A stretch of DNA of 61,451 bases, the filler included, from Squatina squatina (lineage: Eukaryota), in the NCBI GenBank assembly GCA_031763465.1. It is 4 parts of 4 records of this genome, joined end to end, with 100 filler letters (N's around TTAATTAATTAA, not from the genome) between each part and the next. Parts side by side here need not be neighbours in the genome. Positions count along the whole stretch, not along the records: positions 31,756 to 45,851 come from JARFOE010000189.1; positions 45,952 to 61,451 come from JARFOE010000194.1; 2 more parts are not named here. One strand, given 5' to 3'. Of this stretch, positions 36,345 to 49,121 are shown one piece after another. Each line of letters begins with the position of its first letter. Position 1 is the stretch's first letter. The position numbers were made by a program, and so were the translations under genes. Under the pieces are notes generated by a model, which saw only the letters and a list, made by a program, of their open reading frames with translations, was not told the DNA's origin and made no database searches.

Positions 36345-36978
36345 CCACAGGAAATGTGATCCATCTGTGGCTAAAGTTAAGGATAAGACTAAAAGAGGCT
36401 TATAGTGTTGCGAAGAGTAGCAGGAAGCCTGAGGATTGGGAGAGTTTTAAAAACTAGCAAAGGATGACCAAAAAAATGATTAGTAAAAGAGTAAGTTAGC
36501 ATAAAATACAAACACAGATTTTAAGAGATTCTACGAGTACGTAAAAAGGAAGAATACCACCAAAGTAAGCGTACATCCCTTAGAGACCGAGGCAGGAGAT
36601 ATTATATTGAGAAACAAGAAAATATTTTGTATCTGTCTTCACAGTAGAAGACACAAAAAGCATACTAAAAATAGTAGGAAAGCAAGAGGCTAATGAGAGT
36701 GAGGAGCTTAAAGTAATATCAGTACGAGAAACAAATGAGACGAAAGCCAACAATCCCCTGGACCGTATGGCCTACATCCTCAGGTTCTAAGAGATGGCTG
36801 CAGAGATAGTGGATGCACTGGTTGTCCAAAATTCTAGATTCTGGAATGGTCCCAGCGCATTGAAAAGTAACAAATGTAACCCTGCTATTCAAGAAAGGAG
36901 AGGAGAGAAAACAGGGACAGACAGGCCAGTTAGCCTGACAACAGTTGTCGGGAAAATGCTGGAATCCATTAGTTGAGG
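36345..36978 (+). mobile_element. CR1 LINE ORF2 fragment (tether and RT N-terminus, degenerate)
   Basis: SPGPYGLHPQVL..MAAEIVDALV..RPVSLTTVVGKMLESI, with frameshifts. Confidence 0.85.
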
Positions 36979-39370
36979 NNNNNNNNNNNNNNNNNNNNNN
37001 NNNNNNNNNNNNNNNNNNNNNNNNNNNNNNNNNNNNNNNNNNNNNNNNNNNNNNNNNNNNNNNNNNNNNNNNNNNNNNCCATTAAGTATTGGGAAAAGCC
37101 TGTGGCAATGAGATGAGATGCATCCAATATTGGTCCACCCTTTCAGTGTAACGCCACTGAGCTAGGCCTTTAAGACTTGAATTAGTGCCCCAATCATTTC
37201 TTTGAGCAATGAGAAAAATTTTTGCATGCAGTCTAAAGCATTCGCGCCTGGCGCTAATTCTCAAGCTTTTCTAAAGATACCACCCATTCCCGGGCTAGAA
37301 TGAATTTCTAGCCCAATGTCTTTTTTCATTAAGCATCTCTTTTGGCTTTCTTTTAGATTCATTTACACTGTAGTGGAGGGATGAATCTTTTCACTGGAAA
37401 ACTTTTAATTAGCTATAGTTTTCGTACTGCAGATTTTGCTTGCAGCTGTCCAGCCAAGCCTGCCCCTTCAAATAATTGAACAAGGGCCAGCTAGTGGGAG
37501 ACACTGCCTCCTCGGAAACTCCAAATGTTCCAGGGCTATCTCATGACTGTACCCAGAGGTACAGGCCCACTACAATCCCTGAGGCTGCAACAAAATACCT
37601 GCCCACACTATTGTTGAGCCTGGCCTCGGTTTTGCCTCAATTGCAAAACTGGAGCTTAATTTGGCAGAGTCCCTCAGAGGCTTAAAGGATGATTGATCTG
37701 GGAAATAGAATGCGTACGAGATGCAAGACTAACATATTTCATTCATTTAGACNNNNNNNNNNNNNNNNNNNNNNNNNNNNNNNNNNNNNNNNNNNNNNNN
37801 NNNNNNNNNNNNNNNNNNNNNNNNNNNNNNNNNNNNNNNNNNNNNNNNNNNNGGGTGCCATCGGTTATGTCTGCCAAGCACAGCAGTTGACAAGACAAAC
37901 CCTCCTCACCCACCAACGATCTATGATTTCACTGACCTAAGCATTGCTTGTGTCTCCAGAACGAACCCCTTTAAGGGCTAATGCGACCTGACACTTGACA
38001 GCAGCTCCTTAGATCCGTCCCACAATTCGCCTGCTGAAATAAACTAAGATTAAAAGTGCCCCTTAGAGCTGAAATTAGCTCATTTTTTAAAGTTGTCAGA
38101 AATTTTTTTCTAAGTGCCAAATTGCAGGTCTTAAAGGGAGAGTTCCAAAACCGGGACTTTGCGCTCAATAATTCGTCCCTTAGCGCCAGTAGCTCAGGGC
38201 AGTCGAATTGGCCGCCCTAAGCTTTTCTGCAGGCTGCATATCAGCAAAATAATAACACAAAAGAAAGTTAGAAATAGAAATGAGAAAGAAAAGATAAACT
38301 TTTGTGCCAAGCTGCCTACATAGATCATCCTTTGCTGCTCTGCTGGGACTCAGCTTCTACCAGATTGCTGTGCTCTTAAACTATATCAACCTGCTGGTTC
38401 TAAATTCCAATTTTATGAGTGTAATTGCCTTTAAATCAGAAATCCTTGAGTATGTTTTCAGTTTAACTTTGTTAGTGACCAGCGAGCTGGAGAATTATAT
38501 AATTCAGGCTCAAGCCGCATATTTCACACTTTTGTGGTTCAAATTTTTCTCAGGCAGACTGGGCTCGCTAATGAATTTTCCAGCTTAAGACTTCCATCTT
38601 GCGGCTTGTGTTCCCATGCCAGAGTCAAGTACTTCAGTCATCTATATAAAAAAGCATTCGTGCACAACTAACAGCATTTGCTGTGCTAACACCCTGCTTA
38701 CAGAAGGCTCTGCCTGCTTGAGTTTGACATGAAGACATCAGTATTCAGACACCAGTGCCACTGATTACCAAGTTTAAGCCAATGGCTCTAACTATACTAA
38801 TTATAAAAATTGATTTGGCTATTTCTTTAACATATTCATTATTATTGTTCTTCTGTTTAATGTTGTTAACTTTACTCTAGCAATGCTAAAAGGGAGTAAA
38901 ATAGTAAAATTGATTATTTTGTTGGATTGCATCACTTANNNNNNNNNNCTGTTGAATCACTCGATGGACTTGGAGAAGTTGTGCAATGTAGCTAAGGTTA
39001 TGGCTCTGTGCTGCAATATGGACATACACGACAAAGTGACCTTCAAACGAAATGACTGCAAATAATGATGAAGTTCTGCATGCCCTGAATCCATGCTGTT
39101 TAAGAATGGATCGGATGTCAGTAGTGGAATCTGAAAATTTACTAGTTCTGTATTTTCTTTATATTTCAACAGCTTATTGATGTTCGTACTTTCATTTCTA
39201 TGAATACATGTTTAAGAACTAAATTAAGAATTATCATCCAATAACAAATATTATATACATGCTTGAAAAGNNNNNNNNNNNNNNNNNNNNNNNNNNNNNN
39301 NNNNNNNNNNNNNNNNNNNNNNNNNNNNNNNNNNNNNNNNNNNNNNNNNNNNNNNNNNNNNNNNNNNNNN

Positions 39371-40130
39371 TGAAGCAGAAAAATCCCAGCTCCTCCACTC
39401 TCTCCACATAACTGAAGTCCCTCATCCCTGGTATTATCTTGGTAAATCTCCTCTTTATCCTTGTCGTAGCCATGACATCCTTTCTAAAGTGTGGTGCCCA
39501 GATTTGTACACAATACTCCAGCTGAAGCCTAACCAGTGTTTTGTAAAGACTTGCATGACTTCCTTGTTTTTGTATTCAATGTCCCTATTTACAAAGCCAA
39601 TTATCCCGTATGTTTTCTTAACCGCCTTATCAACTTGCCCTGCTACCTTCAAAGATTTGTGAGTATGCACCCCCAGGTTCCTCTGCTCTTGCACTCTGCT
39701 CAAAACAGTACCATTTAGATTATACTGCTTCTCCATGTTCCTCCCAAAGTGCATCGTTTCACAGTTATCCGCATTAAATTGTGTCTGCCCATTTCACCAC
39801 CAGTCTTTGTCCTCCTGAAGTCTGCTGCTATCCTGCTCACTATTTACTATGTTGTCAGGTTTTGTATCCTCTGCAAGCTTATAAATTGTGTTCCCTGTAT
39901 CCAAGTCCAGATCATGTGTATAAAACAAGAAAAACAATGGTCCTAATACCAACACTTGGGGACCTCACTGCATATTTCACTCCAGTCAGAAAACTCTCCA
40001 TTCACTACTACTCTCTGCCTATCCCTTAGTTAACTACATACCCAAGTTGCTATCGTCCCTTTAATACCGTGTGCTTCTATTTTCCAAATAGGTCTGTTAT
40101 GCAGTACTTTTTCAAATGACTTTTGAAAAG
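39371..40130 (-). mobile_element. CR1 LINE ORF2 RT/C-terminal fragment (degenerate)
   Basis: MHFGRNMEKQYNLNGTVL..EQRNLGVHTHKSLKVAGQVDKAVKK..IEYKNKEVM and RRFTKIIPGMRDFSYVERVEELG. Confidence 0.88.
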
Positions 40131-40439
40131 TCTATATATATATATATTTATTTATATACCACTGGATGACCCTGAAATGGCATTAATTTCGATTAGCATG
40201 GAGTGCTTTTTTACACTCTGTGCTTAGAGTCCACTAACATTGAAAGAATGCCAGCAGCAAAACATCAGTCTAAATTGACTAGTGTTAAATTCTATGCAAA
40301 TCAATTACAGATTGTACCTAATCTTTCCAAGGAAATCACTATTGGACTTGTAACACAGGAGTGCCCTAACAGGTACCACTCAGCTCAGAGGTTCCAGCAC
40401 TCTCCAGAGCAGTAACACTGAAGGACAAGCTTTCCTTCA

Positions 40440-40838
40440 CTCAAAAACTGAAAATGCTGGAAATACTCAGCAGGTCAGGCAGCATCTGTGTTAACATAAA
40501 TGCAGCATCAGAGTTAACATTTCAGGTCGATGACCCTTCGTCCGAACTGGAAAAAATTAGAAATGTAGCCGGTTTTTAAGCAAGTGCGGGGCAGGGAAAG
40601 GGAGGAGGAGGAGGAGGAGGAGGAAACAAAAGGGAAGTTCTATGATAAGGTGGGAGGCAGAAGAGATTAAGGGACATTGAGATGGTGCACGTTAAGATAG
40701 AAAAGATGCTGCTACATAAATCAGCAGCAGCCATTAGAGGGAAACATAAACAGACAATAACTAAATAAATAAAAAAATATAGAGGTAGAGGTCATGGTTT
40801 GAAATTGTTGAAATTGATGTTGAGTCCAGAAGGCTGTT
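40440..40838 (-). mobile_element. Penelope-like element 3' end: ORF terminus, UTR and pLTR with hammerhead-like motif
   Basis: Minus strand QPSGLNINFNNFKP* is the PLE C-terminus after the GIY-YIG domain. It is followed by AGTT-CGGACGA-AGGGTCATCGACCT-GAAA-TG-TT-AACT. Confidence 0.8.
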
Positions 40839-41916
40839 NNNNNNNNNNNNNNNNNNNNNNNNNNNNNNNNNNNNNNNNNNNNNNNNNNNNNNNNNNNNNN
40901 NNNNNNNNNNNNNNNNNNNNNNNNNNNNNNNNNNNNNNTTAAATGAGTGTTTGAATACACATCATGTGCATAAAAGTTATAACTAAATTTCCATTCCTTT
41001 TAATAACTTAAACCAGAATTTGCCTTTTTATGTCCTGGGTATACTCATTATGTTAAAAAGACGAACACATTACAGAATTATACTAATGGAATGATTTACA
41101 TAAACTAAGGAGCCTAATTAAAATGGTTTTCTTGTATATAACTCAAAACACAATTATTCAAGTACTGTGCGCCCTTTTAAAAAAAAATGCTCTAGCAACA
41201 TGGAATTTCAACAAACCTGGTTTCAGAACACTAGTTTTTTTTCCATTTCAAGTATAGATACATTTCAACTAGATTGATTTAAAAAGAAAATCAACTGAAG
41301 AGAGGGTGGAGTTTGTATTTAATTAGACTTTGACTTTGGATATTAAATGTTAAGCCACAGTGAATTATGTGTTGTTTTGCTGGATAAACTAAAATTTTAC
41401 AGTAGCCAGCGCCTTCGTGCTTACTAGTAAATTTCTAGACCTGCAGTGGAAACAATGAAAGAAGGTAATTGTAAGAGTTTACAATGTTGTGATTTATGAT
41501 CCACTAGTGTTCATCTCTTTTATACATTTTCAAAAGACCCCAATGCATTACTAGTATGTCTAAGTTCTGCTATTAATCTGAGGAAAGTAGTTTGTTGTAA
41601 TGCAGTTACCCAACTGAGCTTAGTGACATTATGAAATTGTCTCATTGCAGTTTTGGAACATTGACTATGGCATGTGATTAATTTGAAACTGTGGTGCATT
41701 AATGAATACATTTGTGAGTGGAATACGACAGTAGTGTACAACCATAAGTTAACAGTCTGAGATATTTTCTTCTGTGCTAATTCAATTTGCAGTGAGCATT
41801 TGTATGCACCGATCTTGGCAGAGCTCTGAAGTATTTTCTAAAATATGAAAATTAATAATATGCAATTTCTGATGATAAAATGCCACTCTTCTGATTTAAG
41901 CATTGTTTTCTTACAG

Positions 41917-41972
41917 GGTATTTTTCCTGCTTCATATATTCAACTCAAGGAAGCAACAGTTGAAGGCAAAGG
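41917..41972 (+). CDS. DOCK1: DOCK1 exon (end of SH3 domain)
   Basis: GIFPASYIQLKEATVEGKG, 56 nt, TTACAG acceptor and GTGAGC donor. Confidence 0.9.
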
Positions 41973-42291
41973 GTGAGCTACAGAATCCTTAGAATTGTTT
42001 TGCAACAAGCTGGTACTTACAACATTATCCTTCAGATATCCTGATAGCTCAATGAGTTTATCTAGCGACTCACTGAATGCCACAGACTAGATAACTTTTT
42101 TTAGATGTTCCATTATAGAAAGGACAATACAGGTATAGAGCGCACACAACCTAGATTCAGCAGGTTGATGCTAAAGATATAAAACTAGTTANNNNNNNNN
42201 NNNNNNNNNNNNNNNNNNNNNNNNNNNNNNNNNNNNNNNNNNNNNNNNNNNNNNNNNNNNNNNNNNNNNNNNNNNNNNNNNNNNNNNNNNN

Positions 42292-42500
42292 CATGGCCCT
42301 GGAAGGAATCCAGAGATTACTACCTTTTTGATGATCTGCTTTTTAACTTCCTCTGTTGCACTCTAATCTCTGACTGCAGGATCTCAACCTTCTTTCTCCC
42401 TATGTCCTTTGTTCTGATATGGGCCATGACTTCTGGCTCTTCCCAATCCTCCTGCAGAATGTTCTGCATCCTCTCCCTGATGTCCCTTAACCGAGCACCT
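42292..42500 (-). mobile_element. CR1 LINE ORF1 (SGNH esterase-like) fragment
   Basis: GARLRDIRERMQNILQEDWEEPEVMAHIRTKDIGRKKVEILQSE..RKLKSRSSK matches the CR1 ORF1 'VVHIGTNDIG' region. Confidence 0.75.
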
Positions 42501-42711
42501 CCTCCTGTACACTTAAAAGCATGAAAAGAAGTGTAATTTGTACATCAGATTTTAGAGTCGTGCAACCCAAAGGTTAAAGTGAGCAACGATGTTCATTGTT
42601 GAGATTAAGTTGTCAAGCAGTAGTGTTGAATGATAGTAAGAATTATTTTGTAAAACTACTTGTTTCCTATATAATGAAATTAATTTCCTACTCAAATCTA
42701 TTTTACTTTAG

Positions 42712-42860
42712 AATGACAACAGAGAGATGTTCAGCCGAGTTAGGAACATGATGTATGATCTTATTGAGTGGCGATCACAGATACTTTCTGGAACACTCCC
42801 GCAAGACGAGCTGAAGGAACTGAAACAGAAAGTCACTGCCAAAATAGATTATGGCAACAG
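42712..42860 (+). CDS. DOCK1: DOCK1 exon (N-terminal helical region)
   Basis: [50 protein letters not shown], 149 nt, with AG/GT boundaries. Confidence 0.95.
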
Positions 42861-44104
42861 GTCTGCATAATATAATAGATCTGGATAAACTGACATAGCT
42901 TAATATGAAGAAAAATAGGTTCTTTTAGTTTAAGTGTTGGTATTGCTAATCATTAATGTGTAACTTAAACACTTATTATTTGTCTATTTATTTTAAACGG
43001 ATTCCTTATTCTGCTGGTCATCTCTTTTTATGTGGGGGCAGTGTATGTGCATTTATGCCCATTTGCAGCTTTATACAGTTTTCCAGTCATTTTACGATAG
43101 TTTTAGAAGTGGTAAGTTTACTATTATGTTGGTTATCCCAATTGACCGAAGACTGAATATAGGAAGCTAGATTATGGGATTAATTCCATAATTAAGAATT
43201 AACTGGAAAAAGTAACTGAAGAATCAAGATGGGTGCTTTTGTTCTTGGTTCTATCCTTTTCCACCTCTTCAATCTCTACTTCTGTGTCTACCAAACCTTC
43301 TTAGGCATTTGTTTTTGTTCACACTATCCCTCAGAGGAGTAATTCCTCTTGCCCTTCAAGCTATCATTCTCTTACTTCTAAAGCCAGGAGTGTTGATGTC
43401 GACATTTAAATTACCCATTGTCTATCATTTGGAAAGTTCTGACCTAATCATTGATCACCATTTGATTTTACAGTCTGGGTGATAAGGTATAAGATTCTGA
43501 GTGAAGTTCTTACTAATACATTACTGAAGTTAGACTTTATTAATGCTATGATTAAGTGAGAGGTAATACACATATTTCAGTTTCAAACTATATGTAAATT
43601 TGTACATTAGTTACATTTTCCGTCTTTTGTAATGAATGTATTGAAACCAAGTTCTCAATATACTTGCCATAAACATCAAGTTGTTTTCTTCATATCCTCG
43701 GTCAACACAATGATCTTCTCTTCTAAAATGCATATGCAAATTTCTTTTCATTTTTAAAATGCTCATGTCCAAGTCTTCTGTGAGGAAATGGCTAAAGAAT
43801 CCCGATCCAGGATGAGCATTAATAAATATCATTAACTCTGGGGTCCTGTGGAGCAGTTGTTGTTAGAAATATCAGGGCAATTTCTTTAACTGGTTAACGG
43901 GAGGGCTGTAGGATTGAGTTGGCAGATGGTGCCTTCTGGTAACTTTAAATGCAGCAGAAAAGAGGTTTTGTTGGGTTTGTCAACCAAATATTCAAACGGA
44001 GAATTTACCTACTTGTCAATAGGAGCATGATAGGCGAAGGAAACCTCAAACTGAACACAATGAAATGAGTGATTACTTCACACTTGGGTTAAAGGGATAA
44101 AGAA

Positions 44105-44343
44105 GGAACTTGCATTTATATCGCACCTTTCACAACCTCGGTGTTCCAAAGTGCTTCACAGCCAATGAAGTACTTTTTGAAGTGTAATCACTTGTAATGT
44201 AGAGAGACTGCCAAATTGCGAGCAAACAGCAATGAGGTAATGACCAGATAATTTGTGTGGTTTTTTTTTTAAGTGCTGTTGATTGAGGGATAAATATTAG
44301 CCAGAACACCGGGGAGAACTTCCCTGCGCTTCGAATAGTGCAG
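44105..44343 (-). mobile_element. DeuSINE copy
   Basis: Reverse complement of the Deu core and tail (ACTTGCATTTATATCGCACCTTTCAC..CAGCCAATGAAGTACTTTTTGAAGTGTA). Confidence 0.8.
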
Positions 44344-44513
44344 NNNNNNNNNNNNNNNNNNNNNNNNNNNNNNNNNNNNNNNNNNNNNNNNNNNNNNNNN
44401 NNNNNNNNNNNNNNNNNNNNNNNNNNNNNNNNNNNNNNNNNNNGGATCTGGCAGATGGGCATATTTGCCAGTAGAAACAATCTCTCCTGTGAGACTGCCA
44501 AATCTTTTTAAGC

Positions 44514-44635
44514 AAGGTAATCGAGCTGAAACGTTAACTCTTGCTTCTCTCACCAGATGCTGCCTGACCTGCTGAGTATTTCCAGCATTTCTGTTTTTAT
44601 TTCAGATTTCTAACATCTGCAGTATTTTGCTTCTA
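44514..44635 (+). mobile_element. Penelope pLTR fragment (5'-truncated hammerhead-like motif)
   Basis: AAGGTAATCGAGCTGAAACGTTAACTC..GATGCTGCCTGACCTGCTGAGTATTTCCAGC, same family as 15532-15672. Confidence 0.7.
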
Positions 44636-45394
44636 TAAATAGAAGCTCCTGTTATTAATGCAGCCATTACTGTTCACTAGTTAAAAGCAGCCTTATTCAC
44701 CCCAAGCATTATACAATTTGCTGTTCTGTATGTTGAATTAAGTTTTTGTGTAGGAGTTTCTACATGATTGCAGGTACAATTTTTTAAATTGTAGTTTAAA
44801 ATATAAACTGTAACCAAAATGCTTTTATTTTTAAGTTGAATATGCATTTCTACATGTGTATGATAAAATAAACTCTGGTTTGACTTTTAAATGCAGTCCA
44901 TTGTAATTGTAAACAGACTGGCAGATAGGACCAGAGCTCCTATACCTTGGAGAAGAGATGTTTTAATGGGGAGGTTCCTGTATGACTCTGGAAACTTAAA
45001 GCTTGCAAGAATGTTTTAAATTCTGATTTATGACTTTGCAAGCTTTAAGTTTTTACATTCAGACAGAAAAGGAATAATATGGTGATAAAAATGTAACTTC
45101 CTATTTGAACATTTTAATTAGCTCCAGGAAACCATGCTGATTCTTTATGCCCTATAATAGGGGAAGTAAATAAATTGAAGAATGGATGCATAGTTCCTCA
45201 CATTATATGGTAATTCTCCAGAACTTTTTAAAGTCTGGTTAGGTATTTGTATCCATGGGAAAAATATTTCTTGGTAGCGTGTGTGCTTCTGCTACTTATT
45301 TAAATGTCATGTGTAGATGAAATACTGAATAGGTAGTAGATGGTAACTTTTGAGATCTCCAAAATAATTTTTTTCTTGTCCGTCTTATTTACAG

Positions 45395-45552
45395 TCTCAG
45401 AAGCATAACATTGACATAAACAGACAAGCAAAGTTTGCTGCCACACCTTCTTTCAGCCTGTTTGTAACTCTGAAGAATGTTGTCTGCAAAATAGGGGAAG
45501 ATGCCGAAGTCTTGATGTCTTTATATGACCCTATTATGTCCAAGTTTATCAG
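45395..45552 (+). CDS. DOCK1: DOCK1 exon
   Basis: SQKHNIDINRQAKFAATPSFSLFVTLKNVVCKIGEDAEVLMSLYDPIMSKFI, 158 nt. The sequence is characteristic of DOCK1 rather than DOCK2 or DOCK5. Confidence 0.95.
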
Positions 45553-45851
45553 GTTGGTGATCAGCCTAATTTTAGTTGGGTAACTTAATGGCATATTGTA
45601 TAACTTTTCTATTCATCTATTTTCTTTAACCAAGATTGTCTAACTGAGAGCATCTATATAATTGATGGATTTACAGCAAGACCATCAGGATAGATGACTG
45701 CAGTCTCTGTTATTTACATGAGACTAGCATACTTGCTTTTATATATTTAAATATAGTATAGTAATAGTCATGTTTAAAGCCCAGCTAAAGATACTGAAGG
45801 TCTAGAATATGTTCACCCTTTTGAAAAATAATCAGCCCTGAATCAATGTAC

Positions 45852-45951
45852 NNNNNNNNNNNNNNNNNNNNNNNNNNNNNNNNNNNNNNNNNNNNTTAAT
45901 TAATTAANNNNNNNNNNNNNNNNNNNNNNNNNNNNNNNNNNNNNNNNNNNN
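45852..45951. other. Artificial scaffold linker N44-TTAATTAATTAA-N44
   Basis: Same structure as the linkers at 14116 and 31656. Confidence 0.95.
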
Positions 45952-47043
45952 GTGAATGCTCCTTGTAAATTGCCACATAGGTGATGAAAAAAAATCCACT
46001 TAGACTCTTTAAATTAGTAATTATGTGCAAATGCAAGTCTTTTCCTTTCCCTTTATTAGTGACACAGCAATTGTGACCTATACATGATTTCTAATTTTCT
46101 GGTATTTAAGTATTGTACAAGGTGTGTACTTGACCTCACTCTGGCTTGGCCTAAAAAAGTATTGACCTCTGTGCTTTACATTAATTTTTTTGGCAGCCTG
46201 ATCTTCTTTACATTACACACTTCTCTTGATTTACATCCACAACTAATCACTTGTTCCTCCACATATATCTGATATGATTATGGCTGACATCAACTTTAAT
46301 GATATTGATTGCTCTGGTTACACACAAGTATTGCCTTAGGTTTAATTTAGCAGAACTATTAAATTGTCATGAGATGCAGTCATGGGCACAGTTTCATCCT
46401 CTGCCGAAATAAATCTGCTGCAGCTACAAATGGTCCTTGTACATTCATGTGATGTTCAAATGGGAAAAAATAGGAGATATGTTTGATTTGAGTTTAATGA
46501 ATATTTATTTCCTNNNNNNNNNNNNNNNNNNNNNNNNNNNNNNNNNNNNNNNNNNNNNNNNNNNNNNNNNNNNNNNNNNNNNNNNNNNNNNNNNNNNNNN
46601 NNNNNNNNNNNNNCGATCCTGTGACGCCAGTTCCTGCACTGTGACTGGGATGAAATAATAGTGCAAATTCCAAATCAGAGTAATTTGTCAATACTGCACA
46701 CACGAGATTGCGATCTCCACCAGAAAAATGGAAATGATCTCAGAACAGATAGTGCTGTCAACTGTTTTTACTTTGAAACCTGAAAATACAGAAATGAATT
46801 GGTACTGTATTCTCAAATGATCATCTTGTTTTATTCATAACACAGCACTGATTCTGCTTCCCAAGGAGTTACTAACGGGTTGAACTCATTCTTTTTTTCA
46901 CATAACATTTTTGTTAATCAGGATTCCAGTACTCCTAATAGTTTTTAAACCCCTTATCAATAAGCACAATTTTGCTATTTTTTTAAATCATGTGAAGCTA
47001 AAATTATTGACCTTTTTTATTTTGCTTCTTTTCTGAACTCCAG

Positions 47044-47216
47044 AACATAAAAAGGAACTTGGAGAAGCTCTCGGGCCGAGTGGAGGCAGTTCACGGCAAG
47101 AAACCCGCGGTTCTCCGGAATGTCTCCTAAATGGATGCTGAACATATACAGGACGCAGTGGCTCAGCTCGATGCCAAATGGGAAATCATAAACAAGATGT
47201 GCACTGATAGACAAAC
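47044..47216 (+). CDS. DMD: Dystrophin rod-domain exon (human exon 43 equivalent) with an in-frame TAA
   Basis: NIKRNLEKLSGRVEAVHGKKPAVLRNVS*MDAEHIQDAVAQLDAKWEIINKMCTDRQ, 173 nt like human exon 43, CCAG acceptor and GTAAGT donor. Utrophin is the alternative identity. Confidence 0.82.
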
Positions 47217-47398
47217 GTAAGTACTTACTGTATTTCTGACCAGTGTTTTAGTCANNNNNNNNNNNNNNNNNNNNNNNNNNNNNNNNNNNNNNNNNNNNNN
47301 NNNNNNNNNNNNNNNNNNNNNNNNNNNNNNNNNNNNNNNNNNNNNNNNNNNNNNAATCGTGATCAAACTTAAATAAAACACACTTGTCTTTTGCCCAG

Positions 47399-47549
47399 GA
47401 GGTTTGATAGATGTGTGGAGAAATGGCGCACCTTCAACTATGACATGAAAGGCCTGGCCCAGTGGATGACAGAAGCAGAACAGATCCTGGCTGACACCAG
47501 GATGGATGCTGAAAATATAGAGCCAGCGAGAATTAAACAGAAACTCAAG
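47399..47549 (+). CDS. DMD: Dystrophin rod-domain exon (human exon 44 equivalent)
   Basis: RFDRCVEKWRTFNYDMKGLAQWMTEAEQILADT...QKLK, a spectrin repeat of 151 nt, phase-compatible with the previous exon (AC|G). Confidence 0.87.
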
Positions 47550-49121
47550 GTAATTATGCATCAATGCTCACTCCACTGAAATGTAAACAGTTTTAAGTTG
47601 GAACAATTCCTGGTTAGGAAATAAATATATGAGCTTGCTTCTGTTTTCAATAAAAATAACATTTTGAAAACAATTTTCATGATGCTGTTTAGTATACAAT
47701 GGCCATTAAATATACAAGGATTTATGTCATACGTAGCCAACCTCTGGCAATCAGAAGGGATTTTTTTTTAAATTTCTGAATATTTGTGCTTTCTGTTTAC
47801 TTTGCAGAGAATTTTACAGTGTTCTTAAGTGATGCCTTTTAAATCAGAATGTATTGGAAATGTTTGCTATGTTGCAATGCAAAGGCTAATACTACCTAGT
47901 TGCTGAGGAAAGGCAAATCTGTGGCCGACGTTCTGATACTGACATCAGCAGTGAGATTTGTATGCAGCTCATGGTCCATTGTGTTAAGAATGCATCATCA
48001 TTTACACCATTTTTCACTTATATTCTTTGTGGTCTTTTTGGCATAGAGTAATAATAGATTATTTATGGTTAAGTGGCAGCATATGTTGAGGTATAATTAC
48101 AAGGGAACCATAAAGAAGTCTTTATGGGTTGAGTTGTTTTTGAAGACTTTACAGATACAAATCTGATGGGATAGATGGCAATAAAAAAATTCCATTAGCT
48201 CGGCAGTAATATAAACTGTTAAGTATTCTGTCTTTTATTAGATTAGTGATGCAGAGCTTTATGAGTAGTGGTTGGTAACCCGTATGTAAAATTAACAGGG
48301 TGTATGTTTTGAAGTGCAAGTATATGCTCTTGTGGTTTGACCAAGGGATATTTGTTCTCTGCTAACTTGTCCTAAATGCAGAGAAGTGGAACGTGCTAGA
48401 ATGAATGAATGTAACACTACTTGATTTATGCACACCTGTGATATGTATGTATAAACAAATTCATATAGATCAAACATCCATGGTGTTGCTCATGGGGTGT
48501 CAAGATGAAGTATACTGTTCAGGTGAAGTGAGGTTAGAGGACAGGAGANNNNNNNNNNCAGGAGATAATTGGACTAGAGCATGCTGACATAATTCAGTTG
48601 CATTATCATACTATGATTTTTATGTTATTATTTACAGTTCAGTCGCAAAGTGTACAGCAATTTGGAAAGCAGAGAAGTAGAGTTAATTGGAGCCTTGGAG
48701 TTTCTCTCAAGTACAGGCTGAGGAGCTGATACTTTTCCGCCACCGGGAGGGTGTAATTACAGCGTGACAAGTTTACATAAGCAATTACTGTTATAAATAC
48801 AGACATGGAATTTAGAATGGGGAATAAAACAAGTTAACAGGAAGTGCTTGCAGATGTAAGATTTTTTAAATATTAGATATTTATTACATATGAATACACC
48901 AAGAGTTATGTTTTTAGTCACTTAACTCTGGTTTCTCACACGTTGTTGATGTGTAAGCACTTTTGCTCTTAATTTCATACAACTGTTTAATTTATTGTTG
49001 CNNNNNNNNNNNNNNNNNNNNNNNNNNNNNNNNNNNNNNNNNNNNNNNNNNNNNNNNNNNNNNNNNNNNNNNNNNNNNNNNNNNNNNNNNNNNNNNNNNN
49101 NATAAAATACATTCGAAGCAG

